Origin: Synergistetes bacterium HGW-Synergistetes-1
Lineage (GTDB): Bacteria > Synergistota > Synergistia > Synergistales > Synergistaceae
NCBI GenBank assembly: GCA_002839185.1
Contig: PGXO01000004.1
Coordinates: 276,806 to 340,805, forward strand
Direction: 5' to 3'
DNA: 64,000 bases
In this document: in pieces, positions 1-7,659 of the stretch
Layout of the letters: each line of letters opens with the position of its first letter
Position numbering within the stretch: position 1 is the first letter of the stretch
Made by a program: the position numbers and the translations under genes
Notes under the pieces: generated by a model
What the model was told of the DNA's origin: nothing
Database searches by the model: none
Seen by the model: only the letters and a program-made list of their open reading frames with translations

Positions 1-50
1 ATCGACTACCCATTGATTTCCAACTGATTTCCCATTGATCCCCCGTGGTC
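1..50. repeat. Truncated right (C-linker) arm of an 11-nt phased AATYGATT sub-repeat array; the window starts inside the element
   Basis: Tandem units atcgactaccc / attgatttcc / aactgatttccc / attgatccccc. Same unit type as the right arms at 6055-6162, 21593-21730 and 34482-34607. Confidence 0.7.
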
Positions 51-141
51 AACGCCTGCCTCTTCTCATTCTAACCGATTCTGATTACTTGCTATTCAAA
101 ACTGATCAGAACGGATATAATGGACTTAACGGATCGGCGAG

Positions 142-1455
142 GTGATCGAAGTGAAGAGTGAGAGTACAACTACTGAATTCAAAAGAGAATACACTGCAGA
201 TATCAGTAAGACTGTTATTGCATTTGCCAATACCGATGGAGGGGAGATCTTTATCGGTGTTGCAGATGACGGGACAGTTGTCGGGGTCGAAGATGCAGAT
301 GAGATAATGCTAAGGACGATGAACAACATCAGGGACGCGGTCAGTCCTGATGTTACTATGTTCATCGACTGCGAACAGAAAATTGAAAATGGAAAGAACG
401 TAATTCTCATAACCGTTCAGAGAGGTACGGCTTCCCCTTATTATCTGGCCCGTAAAGGGATACGGCCTGAGGGGGTCTATGTGAGGCAGGGGCCCTCAAC
501 TGTTCCGGCCACGGAGAGCATGATCCTTAAAATGATCATGGAAACGGGGGGGGAGAGTTACGAGAGGACGCGCTCCCTTGAACAGGCACTGACTTTTGAA
601 TTTGCTTCAAAAGTTTTTAAGGATGAAAACATAAAATTCGGAACGGAACAAAAAAGATCCCTGGGCATAATTGGCGATGACGGGGCATTCTCTAACCTCG
701 GCCTGTTAATTTCCGACCTGTGCAGGCATACTGCAAAGGCTGCTGTTTTTGAGGGAACGGGAAAGACACTTTTGAAGGACAGGATAGAATTTTCGGGCTC
801 GCTTTTGAAGCAGGCAGATGAAATATTTGCATACATAGACCGTTCAAACCGTACAAGTTCTGAATTTTCGGGACTCAGACGGATCGATAAACGCGATTTC
901 CCCCGGGAAGCTGTAAGAGAGGCCCTGCTAAATGCGATCGTTCACAGGGACTATTCTTACAGCGGAAGTACCCTGATAAGCATCTTTGACGACAGGATTG
1001 AGTTCGTCTCTTTGGGAGGACTTCCGAAAGGAATAGCATACAGCGACCTGATGCTCGGTGTTTCCGTTCTTCGTAATGAACGGCTTGCTGATATTTTTTA
1101 CAGGCTGCACCTGATCGAGGCTTACGGCATTGGAATGCCGAAAATAATGGATTCTTACAGCCATTTCAGAGTAAAGCCGTCAATAGATGTCTCTGAAAAT
1201 GCATTCAGGATAACTTTGCCCAATACCAACTTTACAAGCAGGGTCGGAGAGGACCGGGACAGGTTGACTCATGACGAAAGAAGGGTAATGGACTACATTA
1301 CGTTGAATGATAATGCAGGAAGAAAAGACATCCAGGCTGAATTGGAGCTTTCTCAGAGCAAAGCGATCCGCTTACTCAGGGCACTGATCGAAAAAGGGGT
1401 AATAGCTGCAAACGGCAGGGGGAAGAACACCAGATACACAACAAGGAACGAGTAG
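142..1455 (+). CDS. AlbA_2 (Schlafen-like) divergent AAA domain / HATPase_c_4 / C-terminal wHTH putative DNA-binding regulator (COG2865-type, often mis-annotated as RecG-like)
   Basis: 437-aa ORF. N-terminal E-x-x-x-EFK AlbA_2 signature (ESTTTEFKREY). Central NAIVHRDYS ... YGIGMPKI ATPase-like block. C-terminal HTH-like tail (SQSKAIRLLRALIEKG). Start could be GTG 151, with gaggtg 7 nt upstream. Confidence 0.75.
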   Translation: MIEVKSESTTTEFKREYTADISKTVIAFANTDGGEIFIGVADDGTVVGVEDADEIMLRTMNNIRDAVSPDVTMFIDCEQKIENGKNVILITVQRGTASPYYLARKGIRPEGVYVRQGPSTVPATESMILKMIMETGGESYERTRSLEQALTFEFASKVFKDENIKFGTEQKRSLGIIGDDGAFSNLGLLISDLCRHTAKAAVFEGTGKTLLKDRIEFSGSLLKQADEIFAYIDRSNRTSSEFSGLRRIDKRDFPREAVREALLNAIVHRDYSYSGSTLISIFDDRIEFVSLGGLPKGIAYSDLMLGVSVLRNERLADIFYRLHLIEAYGIGMPKIMDSYSHFRVKPSIDVSENAFRITLPNTNFTSRVGEDRDRLTHDERRVMDYITLNDNAGRKDIQAELELSQSKAIRLLRALIEKGVIAANGRGKNTRYTTRNE

Positions 1456-1522
1456 GATATATTTGGGTCCATCATAAATATATTTGTGCTATTCTCAGAC
1501 GAGACTGTTTACATCAGGGGAA

Positions 1523-2575
1523 ATGAATATGAAAAAACTTACTGCTTCTTATAAAAAGCTGAAGGCCGCAGGGGAACGCCAGGGATGGTGGGACTCTGAG
1601 GGACTGGTCGCTGCGCTTTCGGGCGGCGGGGACTCTGTGGCGATGCTGTGGCTACTTCACCGCTTTTACAAAGGAAGGATAGTTGCGGCACACCTTGACC
1701 ACTGCACACGTGAGGGTATGTCACACGAAGACGCGGCCTTCTCGAAAGACCTTTGCGAGAAGTGGGGCATTAAATGCATCGTGAAGACTGTCGAAGTATT
1801 TCAGGAGCGTTTGACCGGCGAGTCTTTTGAAATGGCGGGACGCAGGGAGCGTTACACCCATTTCTGCGAGACAGCGAAGGCGGAAGGGCTGCCATTTATC
1901 GCTGTCGGGCATTCATCTGACGATGTAGTCGAGACGCAGCTCATGAATCTTTTCAGGGGGACGGGGCTTGACGGTCTCAGGGGTATACCTGAGAGACGCG
2001 GCATGATAGTCCGTCCGATAATCGATTTTCGCAGGGATGAACTCAGAGAACTGCTTCGTGATAACTGTGTTGTGTGGCGTGAAGACGCAAGCAACGCAGA
2101 CACTGTTTACAAAAGAAACAGGGTAAGGGAAGAACTCATACCGTGGATCAGGGAAAACATGAACCCGAACTTTGAGTCATCCATGATCGGCCTTTCGAAA
2201 CAGATAGATGCGGAGCTTGAACAAAAGCAGAAATTTACAGAAAAACTCCTTGCAGATGCGGTTATCGCCATGCCCCCTGCCATCGTCTGCTGGTCTCCTG
2301 CCTTTGTAAAAAATGTTCCTGACACTGACCTGGCGGACATGCTCCGCCTTCAGGGCATTATGCTGGACCTGCCCAGGCTGGACAGGGACAGGACCCTAAA
2401 ACTGGTCGCCCTGATCCGAAAGGGCGGAAACTGGCGCTTCCAGTGGGCAAGTGATATCGAGGTATGCTGGTCGAACAGGGGAATGGGATGGCTGCACCGT
2501 GAAGATATTGGAAAAGGCGTAGCTGAAAATAGGCAAAATGCCGAAAAACCCGTCCTTCCATGGTGGGCGAGATAG
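1523..2575 (+). CDS. tilS: tRNA(Ile)-lysidine synthase
   Basis: PP-loop SGGGDSVAML. Conserved tilS-hpt-ftsH neighbourhood. ATG 1523 preferred over the ORF-maximal 1484 (cagggg upstream). Confidence 0.9.
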   Translation: MNMKKLTASYKKLKAAGERQGWWDSEGLVAALSGGGDSVAMLWLLHRFYKGRIVAAHLDHCTREGMSHEDAAFSKDLCEKWGIKCIVKTVEVFQERLTGESFEMAGRRERYTHFCETAKAEGLPFIAVGHSSDDVVETQLMNLFRGTGLDGLRGIPERRGMIVRPIIDFRRDELRELLRDNCVVWREDASNADTVYKRNRVREELIPWIRENMNPNFESSMIGLSKQIDAELEQKQKFTEKLLADAVIAMPPAIVCWSPAFVKNVPDTDLADMLRLQGIMLDLPRLDRDRTLKLVALIRKGGNWRFQWASDIEVCWSNRGMGWLHREDIGKGVAENRQNAEKPVLPWWAR

Positions 2576-2644
2576 TGATATTTATGTTATTATGTCTAAT
2601 GTTTTTGAGCGGAAAAAACTTTGGCATCAAGGAGTGTTTCTCAC

Positions 2645-3181
2645 TTGGAATATAAGATTGGTAAAACACTTATTTCTGAAGAAAAACTACAGGCCAAAAT
2701 CAAGGAACTCGGAGAGAGATTAAGCAAGGATTATGCCGGAAAACAGCTGATCTGCGTCTGTGTCCTAAAAGGTGCAGTAATTTTTCTTGCAGATCTTATC
2801 AGGAATATCAGTCCTGAGGTGGATGTAAGGATAGACTTCCTCGCTATTTCCTCTTATGGGGCATCAACGAAGAGCAGCGGGGTAGTGCAGATCCAGAAGG
2901 ACCTCAGTACAGACATCTATGGCAAAAATGTCCTTATAATTGAGGATATTGTCGATACCGGACTCTCACTGAAGTACATAAAGTCGCTTCTGCTGGAACG
3001 TAAACCGCAGAGCCTGGCGATATGCGTGCTGCTTGACAAGCCGGAACGCCGCAAGGAAACAGTTGAGGTAGAATATACAGGGTTTACGATCCCCGATGAG
3101 TTCGTGATAGGCTACGGCCTGGATTATGCCGGAATGTTCCGGCATCTGCCGGCGGTGTTTATCGCCGAGCCCGTCGCCTAG
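2645..3181 (+). CDS. hpt: Hypoxanthine phosphoribosyltransferase
   Basis: PRPP-binding loop VLIIEDIVDTGLSL. Alignable by eye to E. coli Hpt over the full length. TTG 2645 has aaggag 10 nt upstream; the ORF-maximal start is TTG 2621. Confidence 0.9.
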   Translation: MEYKIGKTLISEEKLQAKIKELGERLSKDYAGKQLICVCVLKGAVIFLADLIRNISPEVDVRIDFLAISSYGASTKSSGVVQIQKDLSTDIYGKNVLIIEDIVDTGLSLKYIKSLLLERKPQSLAICVLLDKPERRKETVEVEYTGFTIPDEFVIGYGLDYAGMFRHLPAVFIAEPVA

Positions 3182-3183
3182 CT

Positions 3184-3311
3184 GCAATTGGGGCATCTCG
3201 GAGCCCTGGTTTAGCAACACTCGAAGTCCTGCGCTTCGACGTATGACCAATACGCCTTAGCTTGAACTTCTTCGAGTTGCGTCACCATCATCTCCGATCT
3301 GCTCCAATTGC
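3184..3311. repeat. 128-nt inverted-repeat module (family F): termini gcaattggggcatctcggagc / ctccgatctgctccaattgc around nested hairpins
   Basis: The terminal 20-21-mers are reverse complements with a few mismatches. The identical 21-mer recurs at 23100-23120. A related copy lies at 13298-13447. Interior hairpin is cttcgacgtat-gacca-atacgcctt. Confidence 0.65.
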
Positions 3312-3375
3312 GGAGGAATTGTTTATTAGAAATAACAAATTGAAAAAGGTCACTAGGATCAAGAACTAAAATCAC

Positions 3376-3494
3376 CGTCATTCCCGTATGGACCTGAGCG
3401 GGAATCCAGCGTCTCAGAACTTAGGTTATTACAAAGTTTTAAAGATTTAAACAAAAGACACTGGATCCCGGCTCAGGTGCATACCGGGATGACG
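3376..3494. mobile_element. MITE-like core element, copy 1 (~36-nt imperfect terminal inverted repeats cgtcattcccg...cgggatgacg)
   Basis: Left end: cgtcattcccgtatggacctgagcgggaatccagcg. Reverse complement of the right end: cgtcatcccggtatgcacctgagccgggatccagtg. AT-rich ~50-nt loop. Related copies at 7041, 37628, 45237 and 57151. No coding capacity. Confidence 0.6.
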
Positions 3495-3540
3495 AAGAGT
3501 GAAAAATGGTTATGAAAATAGTTTGACAGTATTTTAAACG

Positions 3541-3586
3541 ACTGCTTGCCAATTGCTTGCCCACTCTTGCCAATTGCTTGCCAGTC
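3541..3586. repeat. Tandem 11-nt CTTGCC sub-repeat array (right-arm orientation)
   Basis: actgcttgcc aattgcttgcc cactcttgcc aattgcttgcc agtc. Same flavour at 7378-7436, and inverse (ggcaagc) at 57033-57055. Confidence 0.7.
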
Positions 3587-3672
3587 TTTACAACAGTTTA
3601 GCTGAACCAATTGATTACCCACCGGATGTTTTTCCGGTAGATTAGTAAAGATATGAAAGCGAGGTCACACGT

Positions 3673-5646
3673 TTGAAGAAAACCTCTAAAAATGTTGGGA
3701 TGTATATAATACTGATCGTTCTTGTTGTCAGTCTGGTGAACGTATTCTTGACGCCGGATGCAAACAAGTCCGGTCAGGGTGCTGAGGTACTTCCTTATAG
3801 CCAGTTTTTGAACGAAGTAAACGCAGGCAATGTTGCCAAGGTAAAGATAGACCACGAGCAGCTCAAAGGAACATTGAAATCCGGCAAAGAGTTTACAACT
3901 TATATCCTTGATCCCGGAACACTGCCCAGTGAGATATCCCAGAAGGGCGTTGAAGTCGAGGTCGTTCCTCCGCCAAAGAACTCATGGCTGACGTCCCTGC
4001 TTGCTTCCCTGCTTCCCACACTGCTTCTGATAGGTGTATGGATATACTTCATATACAACATGCAGGGCGGGGGAAACAAGGTCATGGGCTTTGCAAAGAG
4101 CAAGGCCAAACTCTTTATGGACAACAGGCCAAAGGTCACGTTTGATGACGTTGCGGGCTGCGACGAGTCCAAGGAAGAGCTTGAAGAGGTCGTCCATTTC
4201 CTCAGGGATCCCGCAAAGTTCACCCGGCTTGGTGCAAAGGTACCCCGAGGTGTACTGCTTCTGGGTGCACCGGGAACGGGTAAGACCCTTCTTTCAAGGG
4301 CTGTTGCCGGAGAGGCCAATGTGCCCTTTTTCAGCATAAGCGGATCTGACTTCGTTGAAATGTTTGTCGGTGTCGGTGCTGCGCGTGTCAGGGACCTTTT
4401 TGAGCAGGCCCGCAAGAACCAGCCGTGCATAATATTCATAGACGAGATAGACGCTGTAGGACGTCATCGCGGTGCCGGTCTCGGAGGCGGACACGATGAA
4501 CGTGAACAGACACTTAACCAGCTTCTTGTCGAGATGGACGGTTTTGAAGCGGGGACAGGCATTATCCTGCTTGCCGCAACAAACAGGCCTGACATACTTG
4601 ACCCGGCGCTGCTCCGTCCTGGACGTTTTGACAGGCAGATAGTTGTAGACAGGCCGGACGTAAACGGAAGGCGCGACATACTGAAGGTGCATTTGAAAGA
4701 CAAGAAGGTCAGCAAGAAAGTCGACCTTGATGTCATTGCCCGCAGGACACCCGGTTTTGTCGGTGCTGACTTAGCCAACCTTGTAAACGAAGCCGCGCTT
4801 CTTGCAGGTCGGAGAGGCAAGGCCAGCCTCGGAATGGCAGAGTTCGAAGAGGCCATCGACAGAGTAATGGCAGGTCCTGAGCGAAAGAGCAGAGTAATAA
4901 GCAAGAAAGAGCGCGAGATCATCGCATACCACGAAGCCGGACACGCGCTGGTCGCAAGCAAGATAGACGGAAGCGATCCGGTACATAAGATATCAATAAT
5001 ACCGCGCGGCCACATGGCGCTTGGTTACACACTGCAGCTGCCGGAAGAGGACAGGTTCCTCATATCGAAGAAAGAGCTTTCTGACAGGATAACGATACTG
5101 TTGAGCGGTCGTGTAACAGAAATGCTCAAGTTCGGTGATGTTACGACAGGAGCTTCGAACGACCTTGAAAGAGCTACACAGATCGCAAGGCAGATGGTGA
5201 CCGAGTTTGGCATGAGCGACAGGCTTGGGCTGGTAACGCTTGGCAGGAAACAGCATGAAATCTTCCTTGGCAGGGATATCATGGAGGACAGGAACTACAG
5301 CGAGGAGATCGCCTACGCGATAGACCAGGAAGTCCGTAGTATGATAGATGAGTGCTTTACCCGAGCAAAGAAGATCCTTACCGAAGAAAATGAACGACTT
5401 GAGGAGATAACAGCGCTGCTTCTGGAGAAAGAAGTCCTTGAAGGCGACGAGCTTGACGAACTTCTTGGGTACCCGAAGAAAGATCACCCGGCCTCAACTG
5501 CCGGATCTGAGGATGAAGGATCCGAAGAGGAAGAGACTGAAGATAACGGATCAGAAACAGAAGAGGAAGAAGATAAAAAGAAACAGCAGGAAGAAGAAAG
5601 TTCTGAAGATCAGGATGATGATGATCCTGACGAAGAGGAAGAATAG
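3673..5646 (+). CDS. ftsH: ATP-dependent zinc metalloprotease FtsH
   Basis: Walker [12 protein letters not shown] region, HEAGHA zinc site, N-terminal TM helices. TTG start with gaggt 7 nt upstream. Unusually long acidic C-terminal tail. Confidence 0.97.
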   Translation: MKKTSKNVGMYIILIVLVVSLVNVFLTPDANKSGQGAEVLPYSQFLNEVNAGNVAKVKIDHEQLKGTLKSGKEFTTYILDPGTLPSEISQKGVEVEVVPPPKNSWLTSLLASLLPTLLLIGVWIYFIYNMQGGGNKVMGFAKSKAKLFMDNRPKVTFDDVAGCDESKEELEEVVHFLRDPAKFTRLGAKVPRGVLLLGAPGTGKTLLSRAVAGEANVPFFSISGSDFVEMFVGVGAARVRDLFEQARKNQPCIIFIDEIDAVGRHRGAGLGGGHDEREQTLNQLLVEMDGFEAGTGIILLAATNRPDILDPALLRPGRFDRQIVVDRPDVNGRRDILKVHLKDKKVSKKVDLDVIARRTPGFVGADLANLVNEAALLAGRRGKASLGMAEFEEAIDRVMAGPERKSRVISKKEREIIAYHEAGHALVASKIDGSDPVHKISIIPRGHMALGYTLQLPEEDRFLISKKELSDRITILLSGRVTEMLKFGDVTTGASNDLERATQIARQMVTEFGMSDRLGLVTLGRKQHEIFLGRDIMEDRNYSEEIAYAIDQEVRSMIDECFTRAKKILTEENERLEEITALLLEKEVLEGDELDELLGYPKKDHPASTAGSEDEGSEEEETEDNGSETEEEEDKKKQQEEESSEDQDDDDPDEEEE

Positions 5647-5661
5647 AACATAAGATATATT

Positions 5662-5685
5662 AGGAGCCAAACGGCTCCTTTTTTA
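5662..5685 (+). terminator. Rho-independent terminator of ftsH
   Basis: aggagcc-aaac-ggctcct followed by a T-run. Confidence 0.8.
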
Positions 5686-5719
5686 TCGGATATTTTAGCT
5701 GCCCCACAGCCGTAATATT

Positions 5720-5748
5720 TCCACAATCAAAGGAATATATGATATAAT
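5720..5748 (+). promoter_or_regulatory. Candidate sigma70-type promoter for tRNA-Pro
   Basis: -35 tccaca, 17-nt spacer, -10 tataat (5743-5748), about 12 nt before the tRNA 5' end. Confidence 0.5.
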
Positions 5749-5759
5749 GCCCATCGTCA

Positions 5760-5837
5760 CGGGATGTAGCGCAGCCTGGTTAGCGCACCTGCTTTGGGAG
5801 CAGGGGGTCGTCGGTTCGAATCCGACTATCCCGACCA
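5760..5837 (+). tRNA. tRNA-Pro (anticodon TGG), CCA encoded
   Basis: Hand-folded cloverleaf. Acceptor cgggatg/tatcccg, anticodon stem cctgc/gcagg with loop tttggga, T-arm gtcgg-ttcgaat-ccgac. Confidence 0.9.
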
Positions 5838-5850
5838 AGAATTTAAAAAA

Positions 5851-5885
5851 GCTCAGCGAAAATTATTTCGCTGAGCTTTTTTTTT
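5851..5885 (+). terminator. Rho-independent terminator after tRNA-Pro
   Basis: gctcagcgaaa-attat-ttcgctgagc followed by T9. Confidence 0.85.
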
Positions 5886-6162
5886 GCAAATCGATGGGGA
5901 ATCAATGGGTAATCAATTGGGAGAGGCTGCGGCGTGGATAATGCCGCGGGAATCGATAGCAAATCAGTTGGTTGGTTCATATAATTCGTTATAGTGAAGG
6001 TTCAAAGTGCCTGGATCCGGGATCTCAGTGAGAGGCCAAGTTTTCAGATCTAAACAACTGATTCGCCATTGATTACCCATTAACTCACCTATCGATTTCC
6101 GCGGCACGATTCTTGCCGCTGCCCCTAACAATCGATTTGCCATTGATTTCCCACTGATTCCC
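5886..6162. repeat. Foldback element: left arm of GNNAATCRRTT units, ~80-nt centre, right arm of complementary units; one GCGGC-type hairpin in each arm
   Basis: Left: gcaaatcgat ggggaatcaat gggtaatcaatt ... ctgcggcgtggataatgccgcggg aatcgatagcaaatcagttgg. Right: caactgattcgccattgattaccc ... ccgcggcacgattcttgccgc ... aatcgatttgccattgatttcccactgattccc. Confidence 0.8.
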
Positions 6163-6268
6163 GAACCATCATCTCAGCATTCCCCACATAACATTCACAC
6201 ACGTTAACGTTATAATAATAAAGTGATAAGATTTTATCATGCTAAAGATATTGACTGGAGGGATCCAT

Positions 6269-6814
6269 ATGACACATGAAAGTATACGGAAAGTAAAGAA
6301 AATAGCTGCCCTGATGGCGGCATTTGTTCTTATATCAGGTACTGCTGCTATTGCTGCTCCAAAGGAAAAGAAAGATATGCCAAAACAGAGCCAGCAGAAC
6401 GGTCCGGAATGGCAGGATACACAGCAGCAGAATGAAAAGAAGGACAAAAAAGTTAAGATCCGCGAAATGAAGTACAAACAGGGAGGCAAATTGTTGGTAG
6501 TGTTTGGATATCCTGAAGGCAACGGTTATCCTCCATATCCGGGATATCCCGGAAGACCGGGCAACCCAGGCAAACATTATGGAAATAATATCCGCTGGGA
6601 TAAAAACCAACCCATCACCATCACCGACAGATTCGGCAGAACGTACGATACCAGAGTTGTAAGATCAGAGAATAACGTTCTCGAGCTTATTGTCGACGGA
6701 CTGTACGGCGGAGCACTTTATAACTTAAATATAGGGGGTGTATACCTCGACGATGTTATAAACGGTGTAAACGGTGAATTCTGGGCAAAGGATAACTGGC
6801 AGTATAGGAATTAG
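6269..6814 (+). CDS. Secreted protein of unknown function (signal peptide; Lys-rich then Gly/Pro/Tyr-rich region)
   Basis: ATG 6269 has ggaggg 6 nt upstream. The N-terminus KKIAALMAAFVLISGTAAIAAP looks like a Sec signal. GYPPYPGYPGRPGNPG low-complexity stretch. No family recognised. Confidence 0.6.
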   Translation: MTHESIRKVKKIAALMAAFVLISGTAAIAAPKEKKDMPKQSQQNGPEWQDTQQQNEKKDKKVKIREMKYKQGGKLLVVFGYPEGNGYPPYPGYPGRPGNPGKHYGNNIRWDKNQPITITDRFGRTYDTRVVRSENNVLELIVDGLYGGALYNLNIGGVYLDDVINGVNGEFWAKDNWQYRN

Positions 6815-6818
6815 TAAC

Positions 6819-6962
6819 TGCGGCGAGATATCTGCCGCGGTAATCAATTGGTAATCGGTTGCAAATCTATTGCAAATCAATCGTTAGGGACGGCGGCGAG
6901 TACCGTGCCGCGCAAAGTGGCGATTTCATTGCCGCGAAGCAATTGCAAATCAATTGTTTGGA
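6819..6962. repeat. Left arm of a composite foldback element (AATCRRTT units plus two GCGGC-type hairpins)
   Basis: ctgcggcgagatatctgccgcgg taatcaattggtaatcggttgcaaatctattgcaaatcaatcg ... gccgcgaagcaattgcaaatcaattg. The matching right arm is at 7378-7556. Confidence 0.75.
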
Positions 6963-6982
6963 TTTGAGACTACAGAACCTAA

Positions 6983-7024
6983 CTGCGATCCCGGAATAAA
7001 CTCGTGCCGGGATCGCAGTTTTTT
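6983..7024 (+). terminator. Rho-independent terminator (12-bp stem plus T6) embedded in the composite element
   Basis: ctgcgatcccgg-aataaactcgtg-ccgggatcgcag-tttttt. Confidence 0.75.
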
Positions 7025-7040
7025 GCCCTGTCGCCCTTCC

Positions 7041-7313
7041 CGTCGTTCCCGAGTGCTCCAGTCGGGAATCCAGCGGCTTTTGTTTAGGCCCCAAAAATAA
7101 AGAATAGAACAGATCCATAAGAACTAAATCCCCGATCTCAAATCGCACTCGAAACAGTGTTGACACTAAGGTTTATCTATGAGTTTCTTTGACGAGAAAC
7201 AGTGTCCTTCTGATCTCGGAACGCACTCGAAATAGTGCGGATACTAAGGTTTATCTATGAGTTTCTCTGACGAGAAACAGTGTCCTTCTGATCAGAAGCA
7301 TAACGGGATGACG
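7041..7313. mobile_element. MITE-like core element, copy 2, carrying an internal 78-nt tandem duplication
   Basis: Left end cgtcgttcccgagtgctccagtcgggaatccagcggc; right end cgggatgacg. Lies at the centre of the 6819-7556 composite. Confidence 0.55.
7144..7299 (+). repeat. Direct tandem duplication, 2 x 78 nt
   Basis: The unit cgcactcgaaa[c/t]agtg...ctaaggtttatctatgagtttct[t/c]tgacgagaaacagtgtccttctgatc starts at 7144 and again at 7222. A partial third copy is at 57302-57326. Confidence 0.85.
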
Positions 7314-7377
7314 GAGGGGCGATGGGATCGCCACTTCCTGCATCATCATCACGCTGCATTTCTACGCCCCAAACTAT

Positions 7378-7556
7378 CGCTTGCCAACTGCTTGCCAACC
7401 GGCTTGCCAACGCTTGCCATTTTCTTGCCCTCCCTTCCAACCGACTCCCCATCGATTGCCAACCGATTACCAATCGATTACCGTGGCAGGATTTTTGCCA
7501 CAGTCCGAAACTATTGATTTGCCATCGATTCCCCATTGATTACCAATCGACTCCCT
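7378..7556. repeat. Right arm of the composite foldback: five CTTGCC units grading into AATCGATT-type units with a GTGGCA...TGCCAC hairpin
   Basis: cttgccaactg cttgccaaccgg cttgccaacg cttgccatttt cttgccctccc ... atcgattgccaaccgattaccaatcgattaccgtggcaggatttttgccac ... attgatttgccatcgattccccattgattaccaatcgactccc. Confidence 0.75.
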
Positions 7557-7603
7557 CGTCATCCGTGACATTGCAAACTGAATATGCAATGTCACGGATG
7601 ACG
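7557..7603. repeat. Perfect 19-bp inverted repeat with a 9-nt loop, 57 nt upstream of the uvrB start
   Basis: cgtcatccgtgacattgca-aactgaata-tgcaatgtcacggatgacg. The termini resemble the cgtcatccc MITE ends. Confidence 0.85.
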
Positions 7604-7659
7604 CATTCTTTAAAAAGCTATATATTAATAAAGTTGCATTCATATAAAGGAGAGAATTT

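Noticed and set aside
3380-3405. Direct homology of the ATTCCC-N14-GGGAAT hairpin to Neisseria dRS3
   Set aside because: The resemblance is limited to the six-base stem words, with a different loop length (14 versus 8). This is too short to infer common origin, so it is kept only as an analogy.
5747-5941. 64-aa ORF overlapping tRNA-Pro; similar ORFs inside repeats (7257-7517, 7322-7816, 30385-30690, 32256-32618, 37296-37613 minus, 39793-40110 minus, 43530-43871)
   Set aside because: They overlap a tRNA or consist of translated tandem repeats (low-complexity QLIANRLP-type peptides). They have no SD and their frames are not conserved between repeat copies.
7261-7278. Hammerhead ribozyme core (CTGACGA followed by GAAAC; also ttgacgagaaac at 7189-7200)
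   Set aside because: CUGANGA and GAAA are directly adjacent with no stem II between them. The upstream ctatga lacks the conserved G. No three-way junction can be drawn.
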